64,000 nucleotides of DNA from Candidatus Dojkabacteria bacterium (lineage in GTDB: Bacteria; Patescibacteriota; Dojkabacteria; SC72): NCBI GenBank assembly GCA_050943415.1, contig JBMNPD010000003.1, forward strand, positions 3,962 through 67,961, in the 5' to 3' direction. Position 1 is the stretch's first letter, and each line of letters opens with the position of its first letter. A program made the translations under genes and the position numbers. This document shows, piece after piece, positions 29,524 through 40,774 of the stretch. A model generated the notes under the pieces. That model made no database searches. It was not told the DNA's origin and saw nothing but the letters and a program-made list of their open reading frames with translations.

Positions 29524-30171
29524 TTATTCTTCATAATCAACATCATTTTTTTCTCCTTTGTATATCCAAACTTTTACTCCCATAAGTCCTGCGTCCATTG
29601 TTTGTGCTACTTCGTATGCATAATCAACATCTGCTCTTAAAGTTTGTGCAGGAACAGAACCTGCTGTAGTTTTTACAGTTCTAGCTTGGCTAGCATTATT
29701 AATTCTTCCTGACACCCATATTTTCAATCCTTTAGCTCCTGCTGCCATTATTTTTTCTTTTGCACTTGCAGCAAGTAATTTAGATGGTTGTCTTCTTTCA
29801 ATTCCATCTGCAATGGTTCTTGCAACAATTCTTGCTGACAAATCTGCTTTTCCAACCTCTTTTACTTTCAATTCTACATTTGTTTTCAATTTCTTAGACA
29901 ACTCTTTCTGAAGTAAATCTATTCCTTCTCCACCTCTTCCTATAGCTACACCAGGTTTTGCAACATATGCTAATACTTCGACTTTACCTGCATATCTATT
30001 TATCTTTACTGCATCCAACCCTGCATTTTTCATAACTTCCCTAACTCTATTTTTAATCATCAAATCCTCTTTTAACAATTTTGGGTAATCTTTTTTATGT
30101 GAATACCAAACAGAATCCCATGTTCTGTTTATTCCCATTCTAATTGCTTTTGGATGTACTTTTCTTCCCAT
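29524..30171 (-). CDS. rpsC: 30S ribosomal protein S3
   Basis: MGRKVHPKAIRMGINRTWDSVWYS with a KH domain. Confidence 0.95.
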   Translation of the reverse strand: MGRKVHPKAIRMGINRTWDSVWYSHKKDYPKLLKEDLMIKNRVREVMKNAGLDAVKINRYAGKVEVLAYVAKPGVAIGRGGEGIDLLQKELSKKLKTNVELKVKEVGKADLSARIVARTIADGIERRQPSKLLAASAKEKIMAAGAKGLKIWVSGRINNASQARTVKTTAGSVPAQTLRADVDYAYEVAQTMDAGLMGVKVWIYKGEKNDVDYEE

Positions 30172-30173
30172 AC

Positions 30174-30515
30174 TTACTTTACTTTTAATTCTAAATTAAT
30201 ATGTGATCTTCTTTTACTAATTCGAGACACTCTTCCTCTTGAAGCAAATCTCGTTCTTTTCAATGTTCTTGCCCCGTCAACTGTTATACTTTTTATTACT
30301 AAAGCATCTTTATCTACTCCATGAATATCCCTAGCACTAGCTATTGCAGAAAGTAATGCTTTCTTAACAGATAGTGCACCTTTCTTGTTTACTAATTCTA
30401 AAACATTTAATGCTTCCTCAACTTCTTTTCCTCTTATCATGTCTACTACCAACCTTAACTTTAGAGGTGATTCTGCAATATTTCTAATTGTAATTTTTAC
30501 TTTTTTTTCTTCCAT
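30174..30515 (-). CDS. rplV: 50S ribosomal protein L22
   Basis: Its position and L22-like sequence. Confidence 0.9.
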   Translation of the reverse strand: MEEKKVKITIRNIAESPLKLRLVVDMIRGKEVEEALNVLELVNKKGALSVKKALLSAIASARDIHGVDKDALVIKSITVDGARTLKRTRFASRGRVSRISKRRSHINLELKVK

Positions 30516-30532
30516 AATATTTTTAATTATAT

Positions 30533-30838
30533 TTACGCTTCAAATCTACCACTGCTACCGTATACTTTAGATAGTTTACCTTTCTTAGCATGACCTTTAA
30601 ATTTTCTAGTAGGAGCAAATTCTCCTAATCTATGGTTAATCATTGACTCTGCTACTAAAACTTCCTCAAATTTTTTTCCATTGTGTACCAAGAACTTTAA
30701 TCCAACCATTTCTGGTGTAATTGTAGAAGATCTTGCCCATGTCTTTATTGGAGACATATTGCCAGCATCTCTAGCATTCTTCACTTTCTTCATCAATTTT
30801 TCGTCTGTATATGGTCCTTTCTTTAATGATCTCGACAT
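30533..30838 (-). CDS. rpsS: 30S ribosomal protein S19
   Basis: [19 protein letters not shown]. Confidence 0.95.
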   Translation of the reverse strand: MSRSLKKGPYTDEKLMKKVKNARDAGNMSPIKTWARSSTITPEMVGLKFLVHNGKKFEEVLVAESMINHRLGEFAPTRKFKGHAKKGKLSKVYGSSGRFEA

Positions 30839-30855
30839 ATTTTAGTTAATATAAT

Positions 30856-31707
30856 TTATTTCTTTGCAAACGGTCTAGTTTTAGGTCTTCTTCTCCTGAT
30901 TATGAACTTCTCTGTCTTAGCATTTCTTCTTGTTCTAGTACCAATTCTATGACCCCAAATATCTTTTGCTTTTCCACCAGTCTGACCTTTTCCTTCACCA
31001 CCACCGTGTGGGTGTTCTGCTGGATGCATAGCCATTCCTCTTACTTCTGGTCTCCAACCTAGATTTCTTTTTCTTCCTGCTTTACCCAATTTGACATTTA
31101 ATTTCTCCTCATTTCCAATTTGTCCAACTGTTGCCATACAATCTGCAAATACAAGTCTAATTTCACCTGATGGCATTTTAATTTGTACATACTTTCCTGT
31201 TGGATCAACACCTTGAACAATTGCTGTCTGTCCTGCAGATCTTGCAAATACAGCTCCTCTACCTGGCACATTCTCAACACAGTGAACATATGTACCTGAT
31301 GGAATATTCTTTATCCTCATAGCATTACCAGGTAAAATGTCTACCTGTTCTCCTGATATAACTGTACTTCCCTCTTTCAAATCTCTAGGTGCAATGATAT
31401 ATCTTTTCTCACCATCAGCATATGTCAAAAGAGCTAAATATGCTGTTCTATTTGGATCAAAGTAGAGTCCTGTAACTTTCGCAGGTATATCAAATTTATT
31501 TCTTTTAAAATCAACTATCCTGATTCTTCTCTTAAAACCACCACCTCTATGTCTTACTGTTATCCTACCTTGATTGTTTCTACCTGCACTTTTTTTCTTA
31601 GGAATAGTTAAAGATTTAGGACCAGAGCCTTTCTTTAACATGCTCCTATCTTCTAATCTTGTTTTTCTTCTTGTCGAAGTTGTAGGTTTAAATTTTTTTA
31701 TTGCCAT
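30856..31707 (-). CDS. rplB: 50S ribosomal protein L2
   Basis: ...MHPAEHPHGGGEGKGQTGG. Confidence 0.95.
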   Translation of the reverse strand: MAIKKFKPTTSTRRKTRLEDRSMLKKGSGPKSLTIPKKKSAGRNNQGRITVRHRGGGFKRRIRIVDFKRNKFDIPAKVTGLYFDPNRTAYLALLTYADGEKRYIIAPRDLKEGSTVISGEQVDILPGNAMRIKNIPSGTYVHCVENVPGRGAVFARSAGQTAIVQGVDPTGKYVQIKMPSGEIRLVFADCMATVGQIGNEEKLNVKLGKAGRKRNLGWRPEVRGMAMHPAEHPHGGGEGKGQTGGKAKDIWGHRIGTRTRRNAKTEKFIIRRRRPKTRPFAKK

Positions 31708-31710
31708 ATT

Positions 31711-32004
31711 TTAGCCTTTCAAAAACTCATCTATCTTATCTCCTTTTTTAAGTGTCACTATCATTTTAACTTTATCGGACTCTCTTCTTTGCTTGTATGT
31801 TTTGTAGTCTCTCTTCATCTTTCCAGGTTTGACTACACTGTTTACATCTACTACTTTAACCTTATATTTAGTTTCTACTGCTTTCTTTACCTCTATCTTG
31901 TTATATCCTCTTGCAACTGCAAATACATACTTGTTATCTGCATTTGCCATAGCATAGGTTTTCTCCGAAATCACTGGTTTTATTACTATCTTTTTATTTT
32001 CCAT
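31711..32004 (-). CDS. rplW: 50S ribosomal protein L23
   Basis: Its position and L23-like sequence. Confidence 0.9.
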   Translation of the reverse strand: MENKKIVIKPVISEKTYAMANADNKYVFAVARGYNKIEVKKAVETKYKVKVVDVNSVVKPGKMKRDYKTYKQRRESDKVKMIVTLKKGDKIDEFLKG

Positions 32005-32611
32005 TTGTTAATCTTTTTTCTAAAATATCTACGATCTCGTTATCTACATATACTAGATTTGATGTTATTAAATGTTTTGCATTTACTTTCTCTGCTGTTA
32101 TTACTTTAGCTTTTTCTGAATTTCTTATCTTTTTGCTTAAATCTTCATTATTACTAATCATCAATATTTTCTTTTTATCTTCTTTAGCTTCTTTTCTAAT
32201 ATTTTCAGCAGATTTCTCTGTACTGTTTACAAACTGTAGTTGTTCTTTTCTTAATCTTTCAGAAAGCATTATACATACCGCCTTTCGAATCATCTTTTTG
32301 TTTAATTTTCTACTATAATTCTTGTCAGAAACATTACCAAAGGTAACTCCTCCACCTACCCATATTGGGGATCGAGATGAACCGTGTCTTGCTCTTCCTG
32401 TTCCTTTTTGCCTCCAAGGTTTCTTCCCACCTCCTGAGACTTCCGATCTAGATTTTACATTAGCTGTTGCTTTTCTCTCATTGTTTCGGTAGACATAGAG
32501 TACTTGAGCTAAAAGATCGGCATTGTATGGAACTTCCCACACTGCTGGATTTAGCTTCTGTTCTACTTTCTTTTCTTCTTTTTTTGTTTTCTTAACTTCT
32601 TTCTTTTCCAT
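31994..32611 (-). CDS. rplD: 50S ribosomal protein L4 with a Lys/Glu-rich N-terminal extension
   Basis: ...[34 protein letters not shown]. Confidence 0.95.
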   Translation of the reverse strand: MEKKEVKKTKKEEKKVEQKLNPAVWEVPYNADLLAQVLYVYRNNERKATANVKSRSEVSGGGKKPWRQKGTGRARHGSSRSPIWVGGGVTFGNVSDKNYSRKLNKKMIRKAVCIMLSERLRKEQLQFVNSTEKSAENIRKEAKEDKKKILMISNNEDLSKKIRNSEKAKVITAEKVNAKHLITSNLVYVDNEIVDILEKRLTNGK

Positions 32612-32612
32612 A

Positions 32613-33197
32613 TTATTCAGAATATATTGCTACTAAATCACCATTTGATCCAGGTACTGGACCTGAGACCAATATATAGTTATCTTTAATATCTACTATC
32701 TCTTTATTTAACAATGTAACTGTATCTCCTCCTTTTCTACCTGCCATCTTCTTGCCTTTTAATACTCTACCTGGAGTCGTACCTGCACCTATTGATCCTG
32801 GTGCTCTATGTCTATCGGATTGTCCATGTGTTTTAGGACCTCCCGCAAAGCCCCATCTCTTAACAACTCCTGCAAAACCTTTTCCTTTAGACACTCCTTT
32901 TACTGAAACTTTATCTCCAATTGTAAAAATGTCTGATTTAACTTCATCTCCTATCTGTACTTCATCTTTTAATGAACCTTTAAAATATCCTGTTTGAGCA
33001 GGAACTCTCTTAGCAACTTTGTATTTACCAATCATAGCTTTGGTTGGTTTTCTTTTTTCACCAATTCCTAATTCAAAACCTTCCTTCTCTACAAAAGAGA
33101 GAATACAACCTTCTACATCAACAACAGTAACAGGAACAACCTTGCTGTCCTTAAAAACTCTTGTCATTCCTTTTTTTATTCCTATTAATGCTTTCAT
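32613..33197 (-). CDS. rplC: 50S ribosomal protein L3
   Basis: I prefer the start at the internal Met ([15 protein letters not shown]), which matches the L3 N-terminus. The track ORF extends 16 codons further upstream to 33245. Confidence 0.9.
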   Translation of the reverse strand: MKALIGIKKGMTRVFKDSKVVPVTVVDVEGCILSFVEKEGFELGIGEKRKPTKAMIGKYKVAKRVPAQTGYFKGSLKDEVQIGDEVKSDIFTIGDKVSVKGVSKGKGFAGVVKRWGFAGGPKTHGQSDRHRAPGSIGAGTTPGRVLKGKKMAGRKGGDTVTLLNKEIVDIKDNYILVSGPVPGSNGDLVAIYSE

Positions 33198-33207
33198 ATA
33201 ATTTTTA

Positions 33208-33519
33208 TTACTGAATACCAATATCAACACCAGCAGGCATCTCAAGTCTCTGAAGAGAATCTATGGTCTTCGGTGTTGGATCGATAATATCAATTAGCCT
33301 CTTATGAGTATTAATCTCAAAGTGTTCCATTGAGCTCTTGTAAATAAATGGTGACCTTGTAACTGCAACTTTCCTCTTTTTTGTTGGAAGAGGTATTGGT
33401 CCTGCTACTTTAGCACCTGTGCTTATAGCTGTCTCTATGATACTTTTAGCAGATCTATCAACTACTACTGAATCATATCCTTTTAATTTTACTCTGATCT
33501 TTGCAGTTAAATTTGCCAT
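33208..33519 (-). CDS. rpsJ: 30S ribosomal protein S10
   Basis: [24 protein letters not shown]. Confidence 0.95.
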   Translation of the reverse strand: MANLTAKIRVKLKGYDSVVVDRSAKSIIETAISTGAKVAGPIPLPTKKRKVAVTRSPFIYKSSMEHFEINTHKRLIDIIDPTPKTIDSLQRLEMPAGVDIGIQ

Positions 33520-33552
33520 TCTATTTAAAAGAGCTAAATTAAATTATTAAGT

Positions 33553-33580
33553 AACAGAGGGCAGATTACTACCCTCTGTT
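33553..33580 (-). terminator. Hairpin between tuf and rpsJ (tuf terminator/attenuator)
   Basis: ACAGAGGG(cagattacta)CCCTCTGT with an 8-bp stem, then a moderately U-rich tail on the minus strand. Confidence 0.5.
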
Positions 33581-33589
33581 TTAACTTAC

Positions 33590-34765
33590 TTACTTTAACA
33601 CCTCCGTTACAATTCCTTGTCCAACTGTCTGGCCTCCTTCTCTAATAGCGAATGAGACTCCTTTTTCGATCGCAACTGGTGCCATCAATTTGACAGTAAA
33701 CTCAGTATTATCACCAGGGGCAACCATCTCTGTACCTTCTAGTAATATTACTTCTCCAGTAACATCAGCAGTTCTGATGTAGAACTGTGGTTTGTAACCT
33801 GATACAAATGGAGTATGTCTACCACCCTCTTCTTTGCTTAAAACATATACTTCTGCTTTAAAGTCTGTGTGTGTAGAGATGCTACCAGGAACTGCTAATA
33901 TCTGTCCTCTCTGTACATCCTCTCTCTTCAAACCTCTTAGTAAAATACCAACATTATCTCCTGCCTGACCTTCGCTTAATGTTTTGTTAAACATTTCTAC
34001 TCCAATTACTGCTGTCTTCTGTGCTTTTCTACCCATTCCCAAAACTTCAACCTCATCACCAACTTTAACAATACCTCTCTCTATTCTTCCTGTTACAACT
34101 GTACCTCTTCCTTCAATTGAGAAGATATCTTCTATAGGCATCAAGAATGGTTTCTCTGTATCTCTCTCTGGTAGAGGAATATATTCATCAACAGCTTTCA
34201 TAACTTCTCGCATTGCTGCTGCACCTTCCTCTTCTCCCTTAAATGCTTTCAATGCATCACCTTCAATCATTGGACAATCTGGATCATATCCATACTTCTT
34301 CAACAAATCCTGAATATCTGACTTAATCAATTCTAAAAGCTCAGGGTCTGGTTTTCCAAATGTATTGATAAATACAACAATCTTAGGTACACCTACCTGC
34401 TTTGCAAGTAAGATATGCTCCTTTGTCTGAGGCATAGCACCATCACTAGAAGAAACTACTAAAATAGCTCCATCCATCTGAGCTGCTCCTGTGATCATAT
34501 TCTTAATGTAGTCTTTGTGACCTGGACAATCTACCAAAGCGTAGTGTCTGTTCTCTGTTTCAAACTCAACGTGTGCAACTGCAATAGTGATTTCTTTTGC
34601 TCTCGCTTCTGGATCTTTATCCAACTTATCAATCATTCGATCAGCATCACTAGCATCTGCTGTGAATGTTCTAAGAATACCACGAACAAATGTTGTCTTA
34701 CCGTGATCGATATGACCCAAAGTTCCGATATTCATATGTGGCTTTGTTCTATTAAATTCTGCCAT
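33590..34765 (-). CDS. tuf: Elongation factor Tu
   Basis: [17 protein letters not shown] and the C-terminal beta-barrel domains. Confidence 0.97.
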   Translation of the reverse strand: MAEFNRTKPHMNIGTLGHIDHGKTTFVRGILRTFTADASDADRMIDKLDKDPEARAKEITIAVAHVEFETENRHYALVDCPGHKDYIKNMITGAAQMDGAILVVSSSDGAMPQTKEHILLAKQVGVPKIVVFINTFGKPDPELLELIKSDIQDLLKKYGYDPDCPMIEGDALKAFKGEEEGAAAMREVMKAVDEYIPLPERDTEKPFLMPIEDIFSIEGRGTVVTGRIERGIVKVGDEVEVLGMGRKAQKTAVIGVEMFNKTLSEGQAGDNVGILLRGLKREDVQRGQILAVPGSISTHTDFKAEVYVLSKEEGGRHTPFVSGYKPQFYIRTADVTGEVILLEGTEMVAPGDNTEFTVKLMAPVAIEKGVSFAIREGGQTVGQGIVTEVLK

Positions 34766-35054
34766 GAATATATTTATTAAAAATTAAATACAATATTATT
34801 ATATTGCAAAGTTCTCTTTTAAGAACCTGCGATGAATACTATCAAAAAGTTCGAAGTAATGCAAGACCTTTAGCATCAATAAATATGTTCTTTAAGCAAT
34901 TGTATTACAAATAAGAAAAAAAGCATTATCTAATTTAGTAATTCACCTAATTTTACTACCTACTCATCAGAGCTTTTACTACAAAGAGAAAAAATGACTT
35001 TAAGATTCATTTTATATATACTGGAAAGAAGATAACAAAACAAAGTACAAAGAT

Positions 35055-36407
35055 ATGCCTAAATACAAAGCAATATGTATAGACCTAGACCAAACAATTG
35101 CCAATACAGAAGATTATCAGTATAGTTCTGACAACAAAGACAAATACAGAGATACTGCTGAATGGCATCTATACCAATACCTTAAACCACATTTAAAAGT
35201 TATATCTTGGCAAACTTTTATAGATGTCTATCAACTATCAAAGAATCAGGTAAAAGAAATTCTCAAAGGGAAAGCTGCCAGTCACAGCAGATATCTATAT
35301 ATACAGAAAGTACTTGAAAATCTAAATTGCAGATTTAGACCCGACCTCGTATACGATGCAACTAACATTTATTGGAACTATATTCTTTCTAATATGCAAC
35401 TTTTTCCTGAAGTATTAACAACACTTCAAGCTATAAAAAGAGAAGGAATCACAATTATGGTTGTAACAGATTTGACAGCAGACATTCAGATACTAAAGTT
35501 AAAGAAATTAAATATAAATCAATATATAGATTATTTAGTCACATCAGAGGAAGCAGATGCTGACAAACCAAATCCTCAAGTTGGTACTTTAATTTCAAAG
35601 AAGCTAGGAATTAACAGAGAAGACATTCTTATGATTGGGAATAACCCCAAGACCGACATTCAGTTGGCACATAATATAAAAATGGATTCTGTGCTTTTTG
35701 ATTTTTATAGCAAGTATCCTCCTGCAGAGCGAAATAATCCCACTTTTTATACAACTAATTTTAAAGATATATTAATATTTATGGATATCAAAGAAAGGAC
35801 ATATACTGACCAAAAGCTTGTTGTCTTTGACATGATTGGCACTTTAACTACAGACCCACGCCTTATTTCCCATGTTTTTCTTTCTACATTCCCAAATATG
35901 GATAGAGATTTAGTGAAGAAACATTACAAGGAGTATAAGGTTAACAATATTGATAGAGAAACATTTTGGAAGAATATAGGAATCACAGACTTTGAAGAAG
36001 CGGAAAAGAAATTTCTTAACAAAATAGAGTTAAGAAATGGTATTATTGAATTACTCATACAGATGAAGCAAAAGCACAAACTTGCGATACTTTCTAATAT
36101 TTCTAAGGAATGGGGAGCATTCTTGTCTAATAAATACGGATTTAAGAATATCTTTGATGAAATTGTTTTTAGTGGAGATTATCATGTAAAGAAACCTGAC
36201 TACCAAATTTACAAAATTCTTGTAGACAAATTTCCAGAAATATCTCCTGAAAATGTTTTCTTTGTTGATGATGACTTAGAAGACCTAAAATCAGGGAAAG
36301 ATTTCTTAATGAAAACAATATGGATAAAAAGTGACCAAGTTTCCACCAATTATATCCCTGATTATGTAATAGATCACATATCAGAAGTAAATAATATTGT
36401 TACTTAA
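35055..36407 (+). CDS. Tandem HAD-superfamily hydrolase (two HAD-like domains fused)
   Basis: Domain 1 has motif [12 protein letters not shown]. Domain 2 has motif [13 protein letters not shown], motif [10 protein letters not shown], and K...[11 protein letters not shown]. Confidence 0.65.
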   Translation: MPKYKAICIDLDQTIANTEDYQYSSDNKDKYRDTAEWHLYQYLKPHLKVISWQTFIDVYQLSKNQVKEILKGKAASHSRYLYIQKVLENLNCRFRPDLVYDATNIYWNYILSNMQLFPEVLTTLQAIKREGITIMVVTDLTADIQILKLKKLNINQYIDYLVTSEEADADKPNPQVGTLISKKLGINREDILMIGNNPKTDIQLAHNIKMDSVLFDFYSKYPPAERNNPTFYTTNFKDILIFMDIKERTYTDQKLVVFDMIGTLTTDPRLISHVFLSTFPNMDRDLVKKHYKEYKVNNIDRETFWKNIGITDFEEAEKKFLNKIELRNGIIELLIQMKQKHKLAILSNISKEWGAFLSNKYGFKNIFDEIVFSGDYHVKKPDYQIYKILVDKFPEISPENVFFVDDDLEDLKSGKDFLMKTIWIKSDQVSTNYIPDYVIDHISEVNNIVT

Positions 36408-38506
36408 ACTTTCTTTCCAGCAATCTCTTCAGCAACATTTTTAGGTACTTCAGCATAGTGAGAAGGTTCCATAGTTGCACTACCTCTACCACTAGTTAGA
36501 GATCTTAATTCACTTGTATAACCAAATAGTTCTGAAAGAGGTACCATTGCAGTTATTCTACTAATACCACTACCCAAACTCTCTGTACCTTGTATCTGCC
36601 CTCTCTTGCTACTTAAAGATCCAGTAACATCACCCATATGATTATCAGGTGTATCAACATCAACTTTCATAATTGGTTCCAAGAGTATTGGATCACCCAT
36701 TTTGCAACCCTCTTTAAATGCCATAGATCCTGCAATCTTAAAAGCTGCCTCAGATGAGTCTACATCGTGATATGATCCGTCATATACAGTAACTTTAATA
36801 TCTACAACTGGATATCCTGCTACAACTCCTGATTTCATAGCTTCCTCTACTCCTTTCTGGATAGCAGGTATGAATTCTCTAGGAATTGCACCTCCTTTAA
36901 CTTCGTTTATGAACTCAAAACCCTTACCTTTCTCATTAGGTTCTAATTTCAACCAACAGTGACCGTACTGACCCTTACCACCTGACTGCTTAATATATCT
37001 ACCCTCTGATTGTTCTACAACATTCTTAATAGTTTCTTTGTAAGCTACTTGAGGTTTACCAACATTTGCTGCAACATTAAATTCTCTTTTTAACCTATCA
37101 ACAATAATATCCAAATGTAGTTCACCCATTCCAGATATGATTGTTTGACCAGTTTCTATATCAGATTTAACTGTAAAAGTAGGATCTTCTTTAGTTAATC
37201 TTGCTAAAGCCTCAGACATTTTCTCTTCATCAGACTTTGTAGCAGGTTCAATAGCTTCAGATACAACAGGCTCTGCAAAATCTATCTTTTCAAGAATAAT
37301 AGGGTGAGATTCATCACAGAGAGTATCTCCTGTTATGGAATCTTTCAAACCTACAATTGCTCCGATATCTCCTACTTTCAAAGAATCTACTTCTTCTCTA
37401 TCATCAGCATGCATTAAGATTAATCGACTTGCTCTCTCTTTTATACCTTTTGTAGAGTTCAATACATATGAACCTGAATTTATCTTTCCTGAATAGATTC
37501 TAAAATATGAAAGGTTACCAATATGAGGATCGTTTACTATCTTAAATACTAAACCAGAGAAAGGTTCACTCTCTTCTGCTTTTCTTTCCTCTTCTTCATT
37601 TGTCTTAGGGTTAACTCCTTTAACTGCTTCTTTATCAAGAGGAGAAGGTAAACATATTGTAATGTAATCTAAAAGAGTCTTTGACATAGCAGTTCTAGAA
37701 TCACCTCCAAGAACAGGGAAGATGCTTCCACTTAAAGTTCCTTTGCGTAAAGCTGCAAACAACTCTTCCTCTCCTAATTCATCTCCAGCAAAATATTTTT
37801 CCATCAATGCATCATCCTGCTCTGCAAGTACTTCTACCAAAATATTCCTTAACTCATCAACTTTGCCTTTAATATCATCAGGTATTGGACACTCTATCAA
37901 ATCAGGAGTATCTGTGCCCTCATACTTATACGCTTTCATCTTTACCAAATCTACATATCCACAAAGATCCTGTTCTTTACCTATTGGATATGTTACAGCA
38001 ACTGCCTTGTTACTTAACCTATACTTAATTGTCTCAAAACTGTTTTCAAAGCTACCACCAATCAAGTTAATCTTGTTCATAAAGCAAATTCTAGGAACTT
38101 TATACTTGTTTGCTTGTCTCCATACAGTCTCAGACTGAGGCTCTACACCTTTCCTACCATCAAAGATAACTACTGCACCATCTAATACTCGCAAAGATCT
38201 TTCTACTTCTGCTGTAAAGTCTACATGACCCGGTGTATCAATGATGTTAATTCTATATTTATCACCATTATGCTCCCAGAAACAGGTTACCGCAGCAGAC
38301 ATAATTGTAATTCCTCTTTCCTGCTCCTGTTCCATAAAGTCAGTAGTAGCCTCACCTTCATGGGTTTCCCCGATTTTATGTACCTGACCTGTAAAATACA
38401 GTAATCTCTCAGTAGTAGTAGTCTTACCAGCATCGATATGAGCGATAATACCAATGTTTCTTACCTTATCTAAAGGCATTTGTACATTATACGTATTTTT
38501 ATCCAT
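36404..38506 (-). CDS. fusA: Elongation factor G
   Basis: [27 protein letters not shown], five-domain length. Confidence 0.97.
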   Translation of the reverse strand: MDKNTYNVQMPLDKVRNIGIIAHIDAGKTTTTERLLYFTGQVHKIGETHEGEATTDFMEQEQERGITIMSAAVTCFWEHNGDKYRINIIDTPGHVDFTAEVERSLRVLDGAVVIFDGRKGVEPQSETVWRQANKYKVPRICFMNKINLIGGSFENSFETIKYRLSNKAVAVTYPIGKEQDLCGYVDLVKMKAYKYEGTDTPDLIECPIPDDIKGKVDELRNILVEVLAEQDDALMEKYFAGDELGEEELFAALRKGTLSGSIFPVLGGDSRTAMSKTLLDYITICLPSPLDKEAVKGVNPKTNEEEERKAEESEPFSGLVFKIVNDPHIGNLSYFRIYSGKINSGSYVLNSTKGIKERASRLILMHADDREEVDSLKVGDIGAIVGLKDSITGDTLCDESHPIILEKIDFAEPVVSEAIEPATKSDEEKMSEALARLTKEDPTFTVKSDIETGQTIISGMGELHLDIIVDRLKREFNVAANVGKPQVAYKETIKNVVEQSEGRYIKQSGGKGQYGHCWLKLEPNEKGKGFEFINEVKGGAIPREFIPAIQKGVEEAMKSGVVAGYPVVDIKVTVYDGSYHDVDSSEAAFKIAGSMAFKEGCKMGDPILLEPIMKVDVDTPDNHMGDVTGSLSSKRGQIQGTESLGSGISRITAMVPLSELFGYTSELRSLTSGRGSATMEPSHYAEVPKNVAEEIAGKKV

Positions 38507-38555
38507 AAAATTTACTATATAAATTAACCTGCAAAACAGTTGTGATTATACAGAA

Positions 38556-40016
38556 CTAATTGATATTAGACAACAACTTCAATGCCTCTTCTGTCACAGA
38601 GTTATCTAAATCATACTCTACAGCTTTCTCAAAAGCAGTCTTCGCAGCTTGAGAATCACCACTTTCAACACTATACCTTCCAAGAAGAAGATAGTACTTA
38701 GAATTATATTTATCCAATCCTCCTAATTCATTAAGCACTGAATTAGCTTCAGTTAAATTCTCATTCTTAAGAAGAATCTTTCCTTTCCAATACAGATACT
38801 CCTTTTTCTCCTCATCAGTAAGAGCAATTTTCTTTAATTGCTCCAAATAGTAATCAATCTTGTTGAATTCATTCAATTCATAATTACTTCTGATACCTAA
38901 TAAATAAAGGAAAGCACTCTGAGAAGAAGTTAGCATATTTGTCACACTCTCAGCAGCTTTCAAATACTGTTTGTTTCTCAAAAGGAATAGTATATATTCA
39001 TCAGCTAAATCTTTAATAATATTCTTTCCTGCGTAACTTACAGAAGTTGAATAATATTTCATAGCGGAGTCCAAATCGTTCTTTCTAACATACGCCCTAG
39101 CCATAACCCAAGCAATATCTGTTTGCATATAACCCAAATTCAGCGATTTCTCCAAAACTTCCAATCCTTTATCATACTGACCCGATTCAACATATCCTCT
39201 ACCTAAATAGTACAAACCTTCAACATATTCAGAAAGTTCCTCAACTCGAGGTTCCAAAATACTTACAGCTAAAGAAGGATAACCGTTGTTTAAAAACACG
39301 CGAGCAAGCTTAGTGGAATTAAACTTCGTATCCGTATCCAACGACTGCAAAACTTTACTAAACTCTTCATAATATAGCTTAAACTTATCAGATGCTGCAA
39401 CCTCCTTTAGAGTATTTTCTGCCTTACCGTAATCTGACAATGAGTAGATATATGATCTTAACAAAGTTGCCTCTATTAAATCATCGCCACTGTAACCATC
39501 TAATTCAAACTGCCTCTTTGCTTCCTCAACCCTACTAACATTTAACAAAGACTTCCCAAGCATCAAATCTGCATTCATATTCTCCACTCCTAAACCAATT
39601 CCTTTCTGATATATATCCTTTGCCTTTTCAAATTCTTTGTTTTCATAGTAATAATTACCAACCATCACATACAATCGAGATTTATCTGTTGCAGATAGTG
39701 CATTTGCTGATTTTTCAACAATTCCCAATGCATCTGCGCTACGATTTTTCAATAACAAAATCTTAATAATACCCTCGTAAGCTGCAATATCTGTTGGAAC
39801 TACTTTTGTAGCATCATAATACTTGTTAATTGCAGAAACATACTCGTGTGCTTCAAAACTTCTCTGTGCCTCACTCAATTTTACGCTGTAATCATCACGT
39901 TGTTCCTGAGTAACACGCCTATCCAACCACCACCAAACAAACAATCCGACCAAAACACAAAAAAGAAGTGCTATTGGAGCCCAAACCTTTAACCTTTTCT
40001 TAACCAAATCATTCAT
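38556..40016 (-). CDS. Membrane-anchored TPR-repeat protein
   Basis: N-terminal TM, then repeated Ala/Tyr-pattern TPR-like helices along the whole length. Confidence 0.6.
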   Translation of the reverse strand: MNDLVKKRLKVWAPIALLFCVLVGLFVWWWLDRRVTQEQRDDYSVKLSEAQRSFEAHEYVSAINKYYDATKVVPTDIAAYEGIIKILLLKNRSADALGIVEKSANALSATDKSRLYVMVGNYYYENKEFEKAKDIYQKGIGLGVENMNADLMLGKSLLNVSRVEEAKRQFELDGYSGDDLIEATLLRSYIYSLSDYGKAENTLKEVAASDKFKLYYEEFSKVLQSLDTDTKFNSTKLARVFLNNGYPSLAVSILEPRVEELSEYVEGLYYLGRGYVESGQYDKGLEVLEKSLNLGYMQTDIAWVMARAYVRKNDLDSAMKYYSTSVSYAGKNIIKDLADEYILFLLRNKQYLKAAESVTNMLTSSQSAFLYLLGIRSNYELNEFNKIDYYLEQLKKIALTDEEKKEYLYWKGKILLKNENLTEANSVLNELGGLDKYNSKYYLLLGRYSVESGDSQAAKTAFEKAVEYDLDNSVTEEALKLLSNIN

Positions 40017-40025
40017 ACATACAGT

Positions 40026-40550
40026 TTACCACAAATCAAGAAATTGGGAATCAAACCCACCATCTTTTGCAAGGTTTAACTTAGGTAACACCTCCTTTAT
40101 ATATAACCACCTATATTTCTTATTCTTATTACATAATCTATCCTTAACAGGGTTGTTTTTAATATATTCCAACAAATTATCAAAATCATTACTATACAAG
40201 ATCTCACGACATTTGAAAGTACCTTGAAAAAGAGAACCACAGAGTCCATGTCTTCTGTTATAGTACATACTATATGCTGTCATACTTTTATGCATCATTC
40301 TAGAAATATCACTCTTACTAGCACCCAACTTTAGAATTAGATGGTAGTGATTTGGCATTATACAGTAAGATAAAATAGAGACATCTAAAGTTTTTTCGGC
40401 TCTACGTAGACAACGGATAAAGTTGTTGTAATCTTTAACATCTAGACATATTCTGCACTTTCTATGACCACGATTATAAACATGGTATATGCCAAATTTT
40501 CTATAATCTTTTATCCTTTTACTATCTGACATTGTTAATATAATAAACAA
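40026..40550 (-). CDS. Small HUH-type transposase-like protein (IS200/RAYT family), copy B, with Phe at the presumed catalytic Tyr position
   Basis: IYHVYNRGHRK and the HuH box CIMPNHYHLILK. It has GSLFQGTFKCREI where copy A has GHLFQGTYKRKKV. Confidence 0.6.
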   Translation of the reverse strand: MFIILTMSDSKRIKDYRKFGIYHVYNRGHRKCRICLDVKDYNNFIRCLRRAEKTLDVSILSYCIMPNHYHLILKLGASKSDISRMMHKSMTAYSMYYNRRHGLCGSLFQGTFKCREILYSNDFDNLLEYIKNNPVKDRLCNKNKKYRWLYIKEVLPKLNLAKDGGFDSQFLDLW

Positions 40551-40578
40551 TAATTATTAAAATAAGATTAACTAACAA

Positions 40579-40598
40579 GGTCTAACCTAGGTTAAACC
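40579..40598. repeat. REP-like hairpin palindrome (copy 1) upstream of RAYT-like gene B
   Basis: GGTCTAACCTAGGTTAAACC; the core TAACCTAGGTTA is a perfect palindrome. Confidence 0.5.
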
Positions 40599-40732
40599 TA
40601 ACACATTACGAAGCTTAATCTAACAATATTCCCTACAAATGGAGTTCATATTCATCAATGATTTTTAATATTATTTGCACAGACACTTTCTCTATACTGG
40701 AAGCGAATTCCCTTCTATTTTACTTGCCAACA

Positions 40733-40752
40733 GGTTTAACCTAAGTTAAACC
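40733..40752. repeat. REP-like hairpin palindrome (copy 2), direct repeat of 40579-40598
   Basis: GGTTTAACCTAAGTTAAACC, with 8-bp arms GGTTTAAC/GTTAAACC. Confidence 0.5.
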
Positions 40753-40774
40753 TCGCGCATGTTGGTACAAGAGT

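Noticed and set aside
23072-40550. Interpreting the two inverted HUH genes as the ends of an active composite transposon.
   Set aside because: The intervening 16.5 kb are essential translation genes, and the two flanks carry different palindromes. Inversion or rearrangement potential is plausible, but mobility of the block is not.
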